This document shows positions 26,304-34,430 of a stretch of DNA of 64,000 nucleotides, one piece after another. The notes under the pieces were generated by a model. That model did no database searches and was not told the origin of the DNA. It saw only the letters and a list, made by a program, of their open reading frames with translations. This stretch comes from an uncultured Bacillota bacterium. Its GTDB lineage: Bacteria > Bacillota > Limnochordia > Limnochordales > ZCTH02-B6. The DNA lies in contig CALJUZ010000064.1 in assembly GCA_937975235.1 (NCBI GenBank), positions 9,306 through 73,305 on the forward strand, read 5' to 3'. Position numbers and translations under genes: made by a program. Positions within the stretch are counted from its first letter, which is position 1. Every line of letters begins with the position of its first letter.

Positions 26304-27653
26304 TCAGCGAAGGAGTTTTGTTTCCTCCCTAATTTCGGAATTCATCGAGAAAATTTCCGCCTCGTAAGCCATCCACTCGGCCAGGATGCCGTAGCCGCGC
26401 CGGGGGTCGTTGACGAAGACGTGGGTGACCGCGCCCACCAGCTTGCCGTCCTGCAGAATGGGGCTGCCGCTCATGCCCTGGACGATGCCGCGCGTCGCCT
26501 CCAAAAGCCTCGGGTCGGCAATCTCGATGACGAGCCCGCGGCCGTCGGCCCGCCGGTTGGGATGCACCTGGAGAATGCGCACGGCAAAGGACTCCACCCG
26601 CTGCCCTTCGATGACGGTCAGCATTTCCGCGTCGCCGGGCCGGACCTCGTGGGCCAGCGCCACCGGCACCGGGCCGGTCACGTAGCCGTGGCGAGGCGGC
26701 TCGAACAGCACGCCGTAGATGCCGTAGCGGGTGTTTTTTTCGATGACGCCCATCTCACCCCGCCGGCCGTCGAACACGCCGATCTTCTCCCCCGGAAAAC
26801 CGCGGGCGCCTTGCTGCACCCCGCGGATAACGGCTTCGACGATGCGCCCGTCGTGCACCTGGACAGGCCTGTTGGACCCGTCGGTGATCATGTGGCCCAG
26901 GCCGCCGAAGCGCAGCGCCTCGGGGTCGTAGAAGGTCAGCGTGCCTACGCCCGCCGCGGGATTTTCCAGCCGCAGCCCCAGCCGGTACTCCACCCGCACC
27001 GCCTCGCCGTCCCGGACGGCCACGGCCGCGGGATGCACCACCCGGCGCAGGCGCGCGCCGTCGCGCACGACGGTGACGGGCACGGGCTCGCCGCGCCGGC
27101 CGAAGCGGTCGACGATTTCATGCACCTGGTCGACGCTGCGCACGGTGACGCCGGCCATCTCCACGATCATGTCGCCCGCGGCCAGGCCCGCGTCCCGCGC
27201 CGGCTGCCGCACGACCCCGTCCACGTCCACCACGCGCGTCGTCTGCGACACCACCAGCCCGTGGGAGCTGATCAGCACGCCGATGGCCTGTCCGCCCGGC
27301 ACCACCGACAGCGCCGGCACGACGCTCACCTGCACGCTGCGCAGGGGCAGCAGGCCGAAAAGGCGCAGCTGCAGGCGGGCGCTGCCCAGCTCCTCGCCCC
27401 GCACCCGCAGGCCGCCGCCGGCGGCTTCCACCAGTAGACGGCTGGCCGACACGTCCACCGCCGTGAGCCAGCGGCCCAGGTCCGTGCCCCACTCCTGGCC
27501 GGGCAGAAGCCGCACCTGCGCCGGCAGGCTCAGCGCGGCCCGCACCTGCGAGCCCACGGAAAACACCATCAAGAAGACCAGCATGAACGACAGCCGGCGC
27601 ACGAAGCGCCGGTATGAACCAGCGCGCCCCACGGTCCACGCCTCCCCGGACAC
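26304..27653 (-). CDS. spoIVB: SpoIVB peptidase (S55)
   Basis: 449 aa with signal anchor, PDZ region and S55 catalytic region (GIVQGMSGSPILQDGKLVGAVTHVFVNDPRRGYG). Located upstream of spo0A as in other spore formers. Confidence 0.9.
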   Translation of the reverse strand: MSGEAWTVGRAGSYRRFVRRLSFMLVFLMVFSVGSQVRAALSLPAQVRLLPGQEWGTDLGRWLTAVDVSASRLLVEAAGGGLRVRGEELGSARLQLRLFGLLPLRSVQVSVVPALSVVPGGQAIGVLISSHGLVVSQTTRVVDVDGVVRQPARDAGLAAGDMIVEMAGVTVRSVDQVHEIVDRFGRRGEPVPVTVVRDGARLRRVVHPAAVAVRDGEAVRVEYRLGLRLENPAAGVGTLTFYDPEALRFGGLGHMITDGSNRPVQVHDGRIVEAVIRGVQQGARGFPGEKIGVFDGRRGEMGVIEKNTRYGIYGVLFEPPRHGYVTGPVPVALAHEVRPGDAEMLTVIEGQRVESFAVRILQVHPNRRADGRGLVIEIADPRLLEATRGIVQGMSGSPILQDGKLVGAVTHVFVNDPRRGYGILAEWMAYEAEIFSMNSEIREETKLLR

Positions 27654-27732
27654 GCGGCCTTTCCGGCCGCTGTATCCTAGCGTGCCCGCGGACGGGCCGG
27701 GAATAATGGGATTTTCCCTGGAATGAACCGCG

Positions 27733-29469
27733 TCAGCTGGCGGGATTGGCCCCGTGGGCCAGCTCCAGAAGCTCCCTGGCGTGGTCCAGCGTGCTGGCGG
27801 TCAGGACGCCGGCCAGCATCCGCGCGATCTCTTCCACCCGGTCCTCGCCGGCCAGGGGCCGGACCGTGACCGACGTGCGGCCTTCGCGCGCGCCTTTGGT
27901 GACCAGCAGGTGGTGGTCAGCCATGGTGGCCAGCTGCGCCAGGTGCGTCACGGAAATGACTTGCCGCGCGGCCGCCACCGCCCGCAGCCGCTGCGCGACG
28001 GCCTGGGCCGTGCGGCCGCCGATGCCCGCGTCCACCTCGTCAAAGACCAGCGTCGGCACCGAGTCCACCGCGGCCAGCACGCGCTTGACGGCCAAAGCCA
28101 CCCGGGACAGCTCGCCGCCCGAGGCCACCCGGGCCAGCGGCCGCGGCGGCTCGCCCGGATTGGCCGACAGCAAAAACTCCACCCGGTCCACGCCCGTCTC
28201 GCCGGCGGCCCAACGGCCGCCGGCCAAAGCCAGGCCGTCCTCCGCGGGCGTTCGCTCCAGCTGCACGACGAAGCGGCCGGGCCCCATGTGCAGCCCCTCC
28301 AGCTCCGCGGACACCGCGTCCTGCAGCGCCGCGGCCGCGTCATGGCGGGCTTTCGACAGCTCGGCGGCCAGCGCGGCCGCCTCCTTTTCCAGCGCGGCGA
28401 TTTCGGCGGTGAGCTCACCGGTGCGGGCTTCACCGGCCAAAAGCCCGTCCAGCTCCGCCCGCAGCTCTTCCGCGAACGCCAGCACCTCCGCCACGGTGGC
28501 GCCGTACTTGCGCTTCAGGTCCGAGATGACGGCCAGGCGCCGCTGCACCTCCTCCAGCGCGGCCGGATCCGCTTCCAGCTGGTCCGCGTAGCGGCGCAGC
28601 ACGCCCGCGACTTCCCGCACCTGCACCGCGGCTCCGTCCAGGAGCTGGGCCGCTTCGGACAGCTGCGGGTCCAGCTGCGCCAGGGCCTGCAGCGTGTACG
28701 CGGCGTCGGCCAGCACGTCGGCCGCGGCCGGCGCGCCGTCCCCGCCCTCGTGCAGCGCCGCGTACAGCCGGGCCGTCTCGGTCTGCAGCTTCTCCAGATG
28801 CTGCAGGCGCCGGCGCCGGGCCTCCAGCTCCTCTTCCTCGCCGGGATCCAGCCCGGCCGCGGCGATCTCGTCCAGCTGAAAGCGAACCAGGTCAATGCGC
28901 CGGGCCCGCTCCCGCTCGTCCTCCAGCAGGCGCGCCAGCTCCCGCCGGGACTCGGTCAGCCGCCGCCACACGTCGGCGAACCGCCGGCGCAGCGCCAGCA
29001 CGGCGTCGCCGCCGTAGGCGTCCAGAAGGTCCAGCTGGGTGCGGGGGCGGGTCAGCGACTGATGATCGTGCTGGCCGTGGATGTCCACCAGGTGCTCGCC
29101 CACCGCGGCCAGCTGCGCGACGGTGACCAGGTGGCCGTTGATGCGGCAGCGGGAGCGGCCGTTGCTGAAGACGTCCCGCCGCAGCACCAGCGTGTTCGGG
29201 TCCTCGGCGTCCAGCACGTGCATTTCCTCCAGCACGGCCTTGACCGGCGCATCGTCGGCGAGCTCGAACACCGCCTCCACCAACGCCGCGTCGCGCCCCG
29301 CCCGGACCAGGTCCGAACGGGCCCGGCCGCCCAGCACCGTCTGCAGCGCGTCGACGACGATGGACTTGCCTGCGCCCGTCTCGCCCGTCAGCACGTTGAA
29401 GCCGGGCCGGAACGCAATGTGCAGCCGGTCGATGACCGCGAAGTCGCGAATGTGCAGCTCCACCAGCAA
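27733..29469 (-). CDS. recN: DNA repair protein RecN
   Basis: 578 aa: N-terminal Walker A GETGAGKS, long coiled coils, C-terminal SGGELSRV signature and FDEVDAG. Confidence 0.95.
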   Translation of the reverse strand: MLVELHIRDFAVIDRLHIAFRPGFNVLTGETGAGKSIVVDALQTVLGGRARSDLVRAGRDAALVEAVFELADDAPVKAVLEEMHVLDAEDPNTLVLRRDVFSNGRSRCRINGHLVTVAQLAAVGEHLVDIHGQHDHQSLTRPRTQLDLLDAYGGDAVLALRRRFADVWRRLTESRRELARLLEDERERARRIDLVRFQLDEIAAAGLDPGEEEELEARRRRLQHLEKLQTETARLYAALHEGGDGAPAAADVLADAAYTLQALAQLDPQLSEAAQLLDGAAVQVREVAGVLRRYADQLEADPAALEEVQRRLAVISDLKRKYGATVAEVLAFAEELRAELDGLLAGEARTGELTAEIAALEKEAAALAAELSKARHDAAAALQDAVSAELEGLHMGPGRFVVQLERTPAEDGLALAGGRWAAGETGVDRVEFLLSANPGEPPRPLARVASGGELSRVALAVKRVLAAVDSVPTLVFDEVDAGIGGRTAQAVAQRLRAVAAARQVISVTHLAQLATMADHHLLVTKGAREGRTSVTVRPLAGEDRVEEIARMLAGVLTASTLDHARELLELAHGANPAS

Positions 29470-29475
29470 GGGGCA

Positions 29476-29952
29476 TCACTCCCGCAAATCCTGCAGGCGG
29501 CGCATGACCTCCAGCACTTCCGCCGGCGGCGCCTCGCCGGCCGCGGTGCGCACGACCACCAGCACCGCGTCGTCCCCGGCCAGCGTGCCCAAAACGCCCG
29601 GCGGCTGCCACTCGTCCAGCGCCGCGGCCACCGCGTTGGCGCGGCCGGAGAGGGTGCGCAAGAAAATAAGGTGGCCGGCGGGCTCGATGTCCAGCACGTA
29701 GTCGCGGAACGCCCTCCGGGCCCGCTCCAGCGCGTCCTGCGGCTCCACGTCCAGGGCCGCCGGCCGCGCATAGCGAGGCCGCCCGCCGGCGCTGCGCACT
29801 TTGATCAGGCCCAGCTGCGCGATGTCGCGCGATACCGTGGCCTGGGTCACGTCGAACCCTTCCCGCTGCAGCAGCGCCAACAGCTCCGCCTGCGTCTCCA
29901 CGGGCCGCTCCTCGATGATGCGCAGTATCGCGGCGTGCCGGCGTTGTCTCAT
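29476..29952 (-). CDS. argR: arginine repressor
   Basis: From ATG 29952: MRQRRHAAILRIIEERPVETQAELLALLQREGFDVTQATVSRDIAQLGL...GTLAGDD. ATGA overlap with the nadK stop. Confidence 0.9.
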   Translation of the reverse strand: MRQRRHAAILRIIEERPVETQAELLALLQREGFDVTQATVSRDIAQLGLIKVRSAGGRPRYARPAALDVEPQDALERARRAFRDYVLDIEPAGHLIFLRTLSGRANAVAAALDEWQPPGVLGTLAGDDAVLVVVRTAAGEAPPAEVLEVMRRLQDLRE

Positions 29953-30836
29953 GCGTCCAGCCCGCCCTCCCCCGGAATGGTGTACGCTTTCCCCTGGCCC
30001 AGCCGCTCCCGGAGCTCGCGGTAGAAGCGGTCCCGGCCGAAGCGCACCAGACGCACCGGACGAGGCGCCCGCCCGATGCGCACCACGTCGCCGGGCGCGA
30101 TGCTGAAGCCCACCTGCCCGTCCACCGTGACCATAATGTCGGCGTGGGAGGCCGTCACCCGCACCACCACTTCCTCGTCGGCGTGCACCACCACCGAGCG
30201 CGACGCCAAGGCGTGGGGACAGATGGGTGTCAGGATGACCGCGTCGATGCGCGGATTGACGATGGGACCGCCCGCGGACAAGGAATATCCCGTGGAGCCG
30301 GTAGGGGTGGCCACGATCAGGCCGTCGCCGGAGTAGTCGAAGACCAGCTCGCCGTCGACGGTGGCCTCGATGCGGATGATGCGGGCGAAGGTGCCCCGGT
30401 TGATGACGACGTCGTTGAGCGCCACGACGTCGGCAAACACCTCGCCCTTCCGGGTGAGCCGGGCTTTCAGCATCATGCGCTCTTCGACGTGAAACTCCCC
30501 GGCGAGAAGGCGCGTCAGCGCCTTCTCCAGCGCGTCGTGATCCACCTCGGTCAGAAACCCCAGCCGGCCTACGTTGACGCACAGAAGCGGCGTCGTGTCC
30601 TGCGTCAGCGCGCGCGCCGCCCGCAGCACCGCGCCGTCGCCGCCGACGACGACGACCGCGTCCAGATCTTCCCACGACGGAGCGGGCAGGGCCAGGTCGT
30701 CCCGTCCCAGCGCGCGAGCGGCTTCGGGCTCCAAGACGACGGCCGCGCCCGCTTCCTCCAAATAGTTCAGCGCCTGGCGGCCCACTTCCAGCGCCTTGCC
30801 CTTCCCTGTGTGAGGCATGAGTCCGAATCGCTTCAC
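29949..30836 (-). CDS. nadK: NAD(+) kinase
   Basis: 295 aa with GGDG motif (VVVGGDGAVLRAAR) and NDVVI...TPTGSTGYSLSAGGPI. GTG start. Confidence 0.9.
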   Translation of the reverse strand: MKRFGLMPHTGKGKALEVGRQALNYLEEAGAAVVLEPEAARALGRDDLALPAPSWEDLDAVVVVGGDGAVLRAARALTQDTTPLLCVNVGRLGFLTEVDHDALEKALTRLLAGEFHVEERMMLKARLTRKGEVFADVVALNDVVINRGTFARIIRIEATVDGELVFDYSGDGLIVATPTGSTGYSLSAGGPIVNPRIDAVILTPICPHALASRSVVVHADEEVVVRVTASHADIMVTVDGQVGFSIAPGDVVRIGRAPRPVRLVRFGRDRFYRELRERLGQGKAYTIPGEGGLDA

Positions 30837-30983
30837 CGAGTGCAGAGTTATCGGCCCCCGTCATCGGTACGGTAACGTATCATTTGCCGCCGCGGGACGG
30901 ATTTTCCTTCTTAAGCGCGGCTTCCCCGCCGGGAGCCGCCTGGGCTTCCGCCGCCCGGCCGGAAAACGCGGGCCCGGACCGGC

Positions 30984-31808
30984 TCACGTCGTGGGCAGAT
31001 CCGCCTCGTGGGCCGCGGCCACCGTGTCCGCGACGATGCGCTCCCACGCCGCCGGGTCCCGGGCCGGAGCGCTCCGCCGCGCGCCGGCCAAATACTCGAT
31101 GTTGCCTTCGGGCCCACGCAGCGGCGAAAAGGTGAGATGCTCGGGCTCCAGGCCGCTGTCGCGCAGCGCGGCCAGGACGCGGAGGACGACCTCGCGGTGA
31201 ACGTCCGGATCTTTCACGACGCCCCGCGGCCCCACCCGTTCGGGACCGGCCTCGAACTGAGGTTTGATCAGGCAGATCAGTCGCCCGTCCGTCTTCATCA
31301 GGGGAACCACCGCGGGGAAAATTTTCGCCAAGGAGATGAACGACACGTCGATGACGACCCAGTCCACGGGCTCGGGCAAATCGCCGGGCTTCAGGTGGCG
31401 GGCGTTGGTACGCTCCATGACCACGACGCGCGGGTCGTTGCGCAGCCCCCAGTGCAGCTGTCCGTAGCCGACGTCCACGGCGTACACGCGCCGGGCGCCG
31501 TGCTGGAGCAGGCAGTCGGTGAAGCCGCCGGTGGACGCGCCCACGTCCAGCGCGACGGCGCCCGCGGGATCCCAGCCGAACGCGCGCAGCGCCTTCTCCA
31601 GCTTGAGCCCGCCGCGGCTGACGTACGGCATCGGATCGCCCCGCACCTCCACCCGGGCGTTCACCGGCACCATGGTGCCGGCCTTGTCCACCCGCCGGCC
31701 GTCCACGTACACGAGCCCGGCCATGATGGCCCCCAGCGCCTGCCGCCGGCTGGCGAAGGCTCCCCGTTCCACCAACAGAAGGTCGAGACGGCGCCGCTGC
31801 TCGCTCAC
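30984..31808 (-). CDS. tlyA: TlyA family rRNA (cytidine-2'-O)-methyltransferase
   Basis: From GTG 31808: S4-like N terminus (RLDLLLVERGAFASRRQALGAIMAGLVYVDG) and FtsJ-like SAM domain (LDVGASTGGFTDCLLQHGA). GTGA overlap with the upstream membrane-protein gene. Confidence 0.9.
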   Translation of the reverse strand: MSEQRRRLDLLLVERGAFASRRQALGAIMAGLVYVDGRRVDKAGTMVPVNARVEVRGDPMPYVSRGGLKLEKALRAFGWDPAGAVALDVGASTGGFTDCLLQHGARRVYAVDVGYGQLHWGLRNDPRVVVMERTNARHLKPGDLPEPVDWVVIDVSFISLAKIFPAVVPLMKTDGRLICLIKPQFEAGPERVGPRGVVKDPDVHREVVLRVLAALRDSGLEPEHLTFSPLRGPEGNIEYLAGARRSAPARDPAAWERIVADTVAAAHEADLPTT

Positions 31809-32473
31809 GACGTTCGGCCTCGCTTTGCGTTGTTGTTGCTTTGTCCCCGACGGGCGTTGCCGTTTTTTCGCCCGCGGCCGCGACGGGAACCGCCGGCGAA
31901 GCGGATGCCCGTCACCCGGCCGATCACGTGCAGGACCCGCCCCGACCACAGGACGATTTCGGTGCGCCGCTCAAACGCGATCGTCTTGGCGTACGCTTTC
32001 CCTCCCACGGCCAACGCGGCGATGACCGCGATGAGAAGAGTCGACAAGATCGTTTCGTTGAGGCCGGGATACGCGGTGACCAGGCGGAACACGATGGTGG
32101 CGCCGATGGCGCCGCTGAGGGTTCCCACCACGTCGCCCACGATGTCCAGCGTGAAGCTGGCCACCTGGTCTTGATGGCGCACCAGCCAGCTGGCTTCCCG
32201 CGCGCCGGGAACGCGCTGCACCGCCATCGCGTGGAACGGATCCTCGCGCGACGCGGTGGTGGCAACGCCAATCAGGTCAAACAGGATGCCGACGGCGACA
32301 ATGACCAGCAGAAGAAGAAAACTCGTGAAAAGGTCAAGCCAGGCCAGAAGACCGGTGCTCAGAAGGGAGAAGACGATGGAAGTGAAAAACGTCAGTATGC
32401 CGACGCGCCAAAAGCGACTCAGTTTTGCTGTCCACCGTCCGTGTGAAAAAAGAGGTGGCAAGTGGCCACGCAC
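31805..32473 (-). CDS. oapA: four-TM membrane protein with basic C-terminal tail, OapA-like (OLE-associated protein A candidate)
   Basis: Four hydrophobic helices (ILTFFTSIVFSLLSTGLLAWL / FLLLLVIVAVGILFDLIGVA / VASFTLDIVGDVVGTLSGAIGATIVF / ILSTLLIAVIAALAVGG) and an Arg/Gly/Lys/Asn-rich tail. Sits directly 3' of the structured non-coding region. Start unresolved (GTG 32473, TTG 32461 or CTG 32422). Confidence 0.6.
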   Translation of the reverse strand: MRGHLPPLFSHGRWTAKLSRFWRVGILTFFTSIVFSLLSTGLLAWLDLFTSFLLLLVIVAVGILFDLIGVATTASREDPFHAMAVQRVPGAREASWLVRHQDQVASFTLDIVGDVVGTLSGAIGATIVFRLVTAYPGLNETILSTLLIAVIAALAVGGKAYAKTIAFERRTEIVLWSGRVLHVIGRVTGIRFAGGSRRGRGRKNGNARRGQSNNNAKRGRTS

Positions 32474-32474
32474 C

Positions 32475-33081
32475 GGGTAAACCTTGTGGCTTAAGGTCCA
32501 GCAGGATTTCCCAACGCTCCTCCGCAGCGTCGCCGCCGCGGCGGTTTCCCCTTTCCGAGCGCTCTGCCGCGTCACCGCCGGCAGGGCTGGATTACCACTG
32601 AGCACACACCCTAATCCCCGGCGCGCTACCCCGCAGGGAACAGCCTAGGAGTTTTCCTCGGCGACGCTCATCGTCCCCTAGCCTCTTTTGCGCAACAATC
32701 TTCGAGCGGCAACGAACCCGCGGCCGTGGCCTTTGGCCCGCGGGTCTGAACCCGCTCTCCCGACTGCTCCGCTCAAGGCAGGCTACGCTGCACCCAACGC
32801 TCCCCGCACGGCGTGCGTGTCGCATCGAGCTGCAGGTTCTTCCCAAGTCGTAGCGACGGGGCCTCACGACCCGGCCGCCACGCACTTGGGTCTCCGCGGA
32901 AGCAGGGTCAACGCCTGCATGCCGTTGCAGATCGCCCCACTTCCTTAACCCCCAGCAGCAACCCCCGACTGGGCGTCGGGAGCCACCACCAGAGACTTCA
33001 TCGATGTGCCCTGTCCGGATTTTTAGGCCCGGCTTCGGAGACGCGAGCACCGACTAGGATACTGCGCCACTTGCCCTTCGC
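32475..33081 (-). ncRNA. ole: large structured non-coding RNA, OLE (ornate, large, extremophilic) RNA candidate
   Basis: About 600 nt between ispA and the OapA-like gene with no credible ORF. Composition is less GC-rich than the flanks, and many local and nested complementary segments are present. Size, strand and ispA / membrane protein / tlyA-nadK-recN context match what is known for OLE RNA. Ends are approximate. Confidence 0.6.
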
Positions 33082-33087
33082 AACGCC

Positions 33088-33117
33088 ATTGTATCATACC
33101 GCCGCCCCGCGCCGCAA
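33088..33117 (-). promoter_or_regulatory. candidate sigma-A promoter (extended -10) in front of the OLE-like RNA
   Basis: Minus strand reads TTGCGG - 18 nt - TACAAT, with TGa immediately 5' of the -10 (TGATACAAT). A GCGCCGC-GTT-GCGGCGC hairpin overlaps the -35, just after the ispA stop. Confidence 0.4.
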
Positions 33118-33128
33118 CGCGGCGCCCC

Positions 33129-34052
33129 TCACCGGTCTCTGCCGACGGCGAAGTCGGCCAGAGCCGCCAGCACGTCCCGCCCGGGAGACGGCAGTCCGGC
33201 CACGGCCTCCCGGGCCGCGGCCGCGGCCTGCCGCGCCATCCTGCGGGCCTCCTCGAGCCCCACCAGCGCCGGATACGTGGCCTTGGCCCTTTCGCTGTCC
33301 CGGCCCGGCCGTTTGCCCAGCGCCTGCGGGTCGCCGGTGACGTCCAAAATGTCGTCGGCGATTTGAAACGCCAGCCCGAACGCGTCCGCGTAGTCGGTCA
33401 GCGACTGCAGCGTCTCCGGCCCCGCACCGGCCAGGAGCGCCCCGCAGCGCACGCACGCCCGGAACAGCGCGCCGGTTTTGCGCAGGTGGATGGAACGCAG
33501 GTGATCCACCGTGACGTCGGTGCGGCCTTCGGCCTCCAGGTCGGCCACCTGGCCGCCGATGAGGCCCATGGTGCCCGCCGCGTCGGTCAGCTCTTCAATG
33601 ACGGCCAGGGCCGTCCCGGCCGAAACGCCCGCCAGGCGCGGCAGGCGCCCCAGCACCCAAAACGCATGCGTCAGCAGCGCGTCGCCGGCCAGCACCGCCA
33701 TGCCTTCGCCGAACACTTTGTGGGTCGTGGGCTTGCCCCGCCGCATGTCGTCGTCGTCCATGGCCGGCAAGTCATCGTGGACCAGCGAGTACGCGTGAAT
33801 CATCTCCAGCGCCGCGGCCAGCGGCAGGGCCTTCTCTTCGGCGCCGCCCGCGGCCCGGCACGCCGCCACGGCCAGCACGCCCCGCAGGCGCTTGCCGCCG
33901 CCCAGGGCGCTGTAGCGCATGGCCCGGTGGATGGTGGCGGGATCGTCCCCTTCCGGCGGCAGCAGGCTTTCCAAAGCCCGCTCCACCGCCCGGGCCTGCT
34001 CCGCCACGTACGCCATAGGATCAAACGTGGCTCGATCAAGAGATTCCGTCAT
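33129..34052 (-). CDS. ispA: polyprenyl (farnesyl/geranylgeranyl) diphosphate synthase
   Basis: From ATG 34052: both Asp-rich motifs (LVHDDLPAMDDDDMRRG and FQIADDILD). ATGA overlap with the xseB stop. Confidence 0.9.
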   Translation of the reverse strand: MTESLDRATFDPMAYVAEQARAVERALESLLPPEGDDPATIHRAMRYSALGGGKRLRGVLAVAACRAAGGAEEKALPLAAALEMIHAYSLVHDDLPAMDDDDMRRGKPTTHKVFGEGMAVLAGDALLTHAFWVLGRLPRLAGVSAGTALAVIEELTDAAGTMGLIGGQVADLEAEGRTDVTVDHLRSIHLRKTGALFRACVRCGALLAGAGPETLQSLTDYADAFGLAFQIADDILDVTGDPQALGKRPGRDSERAKATYPALVGLEEARRMARQAAAAAREAVAGLPSPGRDVLAALADFAVGRDR

Positions 34053-34372
34053 CAATGGTCGTCCGTTTCCGTGGGAAGATCGGGTTCCAGGTGGGGCGCG
34101 TCCACTTCCTCGGCGCCGTCCGGCCCTGCCACCAGCACGCGGATGCGCGCCTCGGCCTCGTCCAGCCGCCGCCGGCAAAAGCGGGCCAACGCCACGCCTT
34201 CCTCAAACAAGGCCAGCGCCTCCTCCAGCCCCGCGTCGCCCCGCTCCAGCCTGGCCACCACCTGCTCCAGCCGGGCGAAGGCCTCTTCAAAGGTCGCCGG
34301 CCCGGAGTCCGCGTCGCCCCCGGCCCCCTCGGCCGGCTCTCCGATCTCCTTCATCGTCTCGTCCGTGTTCAT
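34052..34372 (-). CDS. xseB: exodeoxyribonuclease VII small subunit
   Basis: 106 aa with FEEAFARLEQVVARLERGDAGLEEALALFEEGVALARFCRRRLDEAEARI, the XseB helical hairpin pattern. Confidence 0.9.
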   Translation of the reverse strand: MNTDETMKEIGEPAEGAGGDADSGPATFEEAFARLEQVVARLERGDAGLEEALALFEEGVALARFCRRRLDEAEARIRVLVAGPDGAEEVDAPHLEPDLPTETDDH

Positions 34373-34430
34373 GCAGCCTTTCCTCCCCGCTCGGTCCGTC
34401 CGGCGGTCCCCCCGGCGCCGGCCCCGCCCC

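Noticed and set aside
30900-30960. Short direct repeat GGCTTCC(C/G)CCGCC occurring twice between tlyA and nadK.
   Set aside because: There are only two short copies in GC-rich sequence, with no spacer/repeat periodicity. It is not CRISPR-like or a recognisable regulatory array.
32592-33050. 152-aa minus-strand ORF, plus shorter ORFs at 32688..32948 and 32813..33340, inside the ispA-oapA gap.
   Set aside because: The translation (Arg/Gly/Cys-rich, no domain, no RBS) is not protein-like. The region is better explained as a structured RNA.
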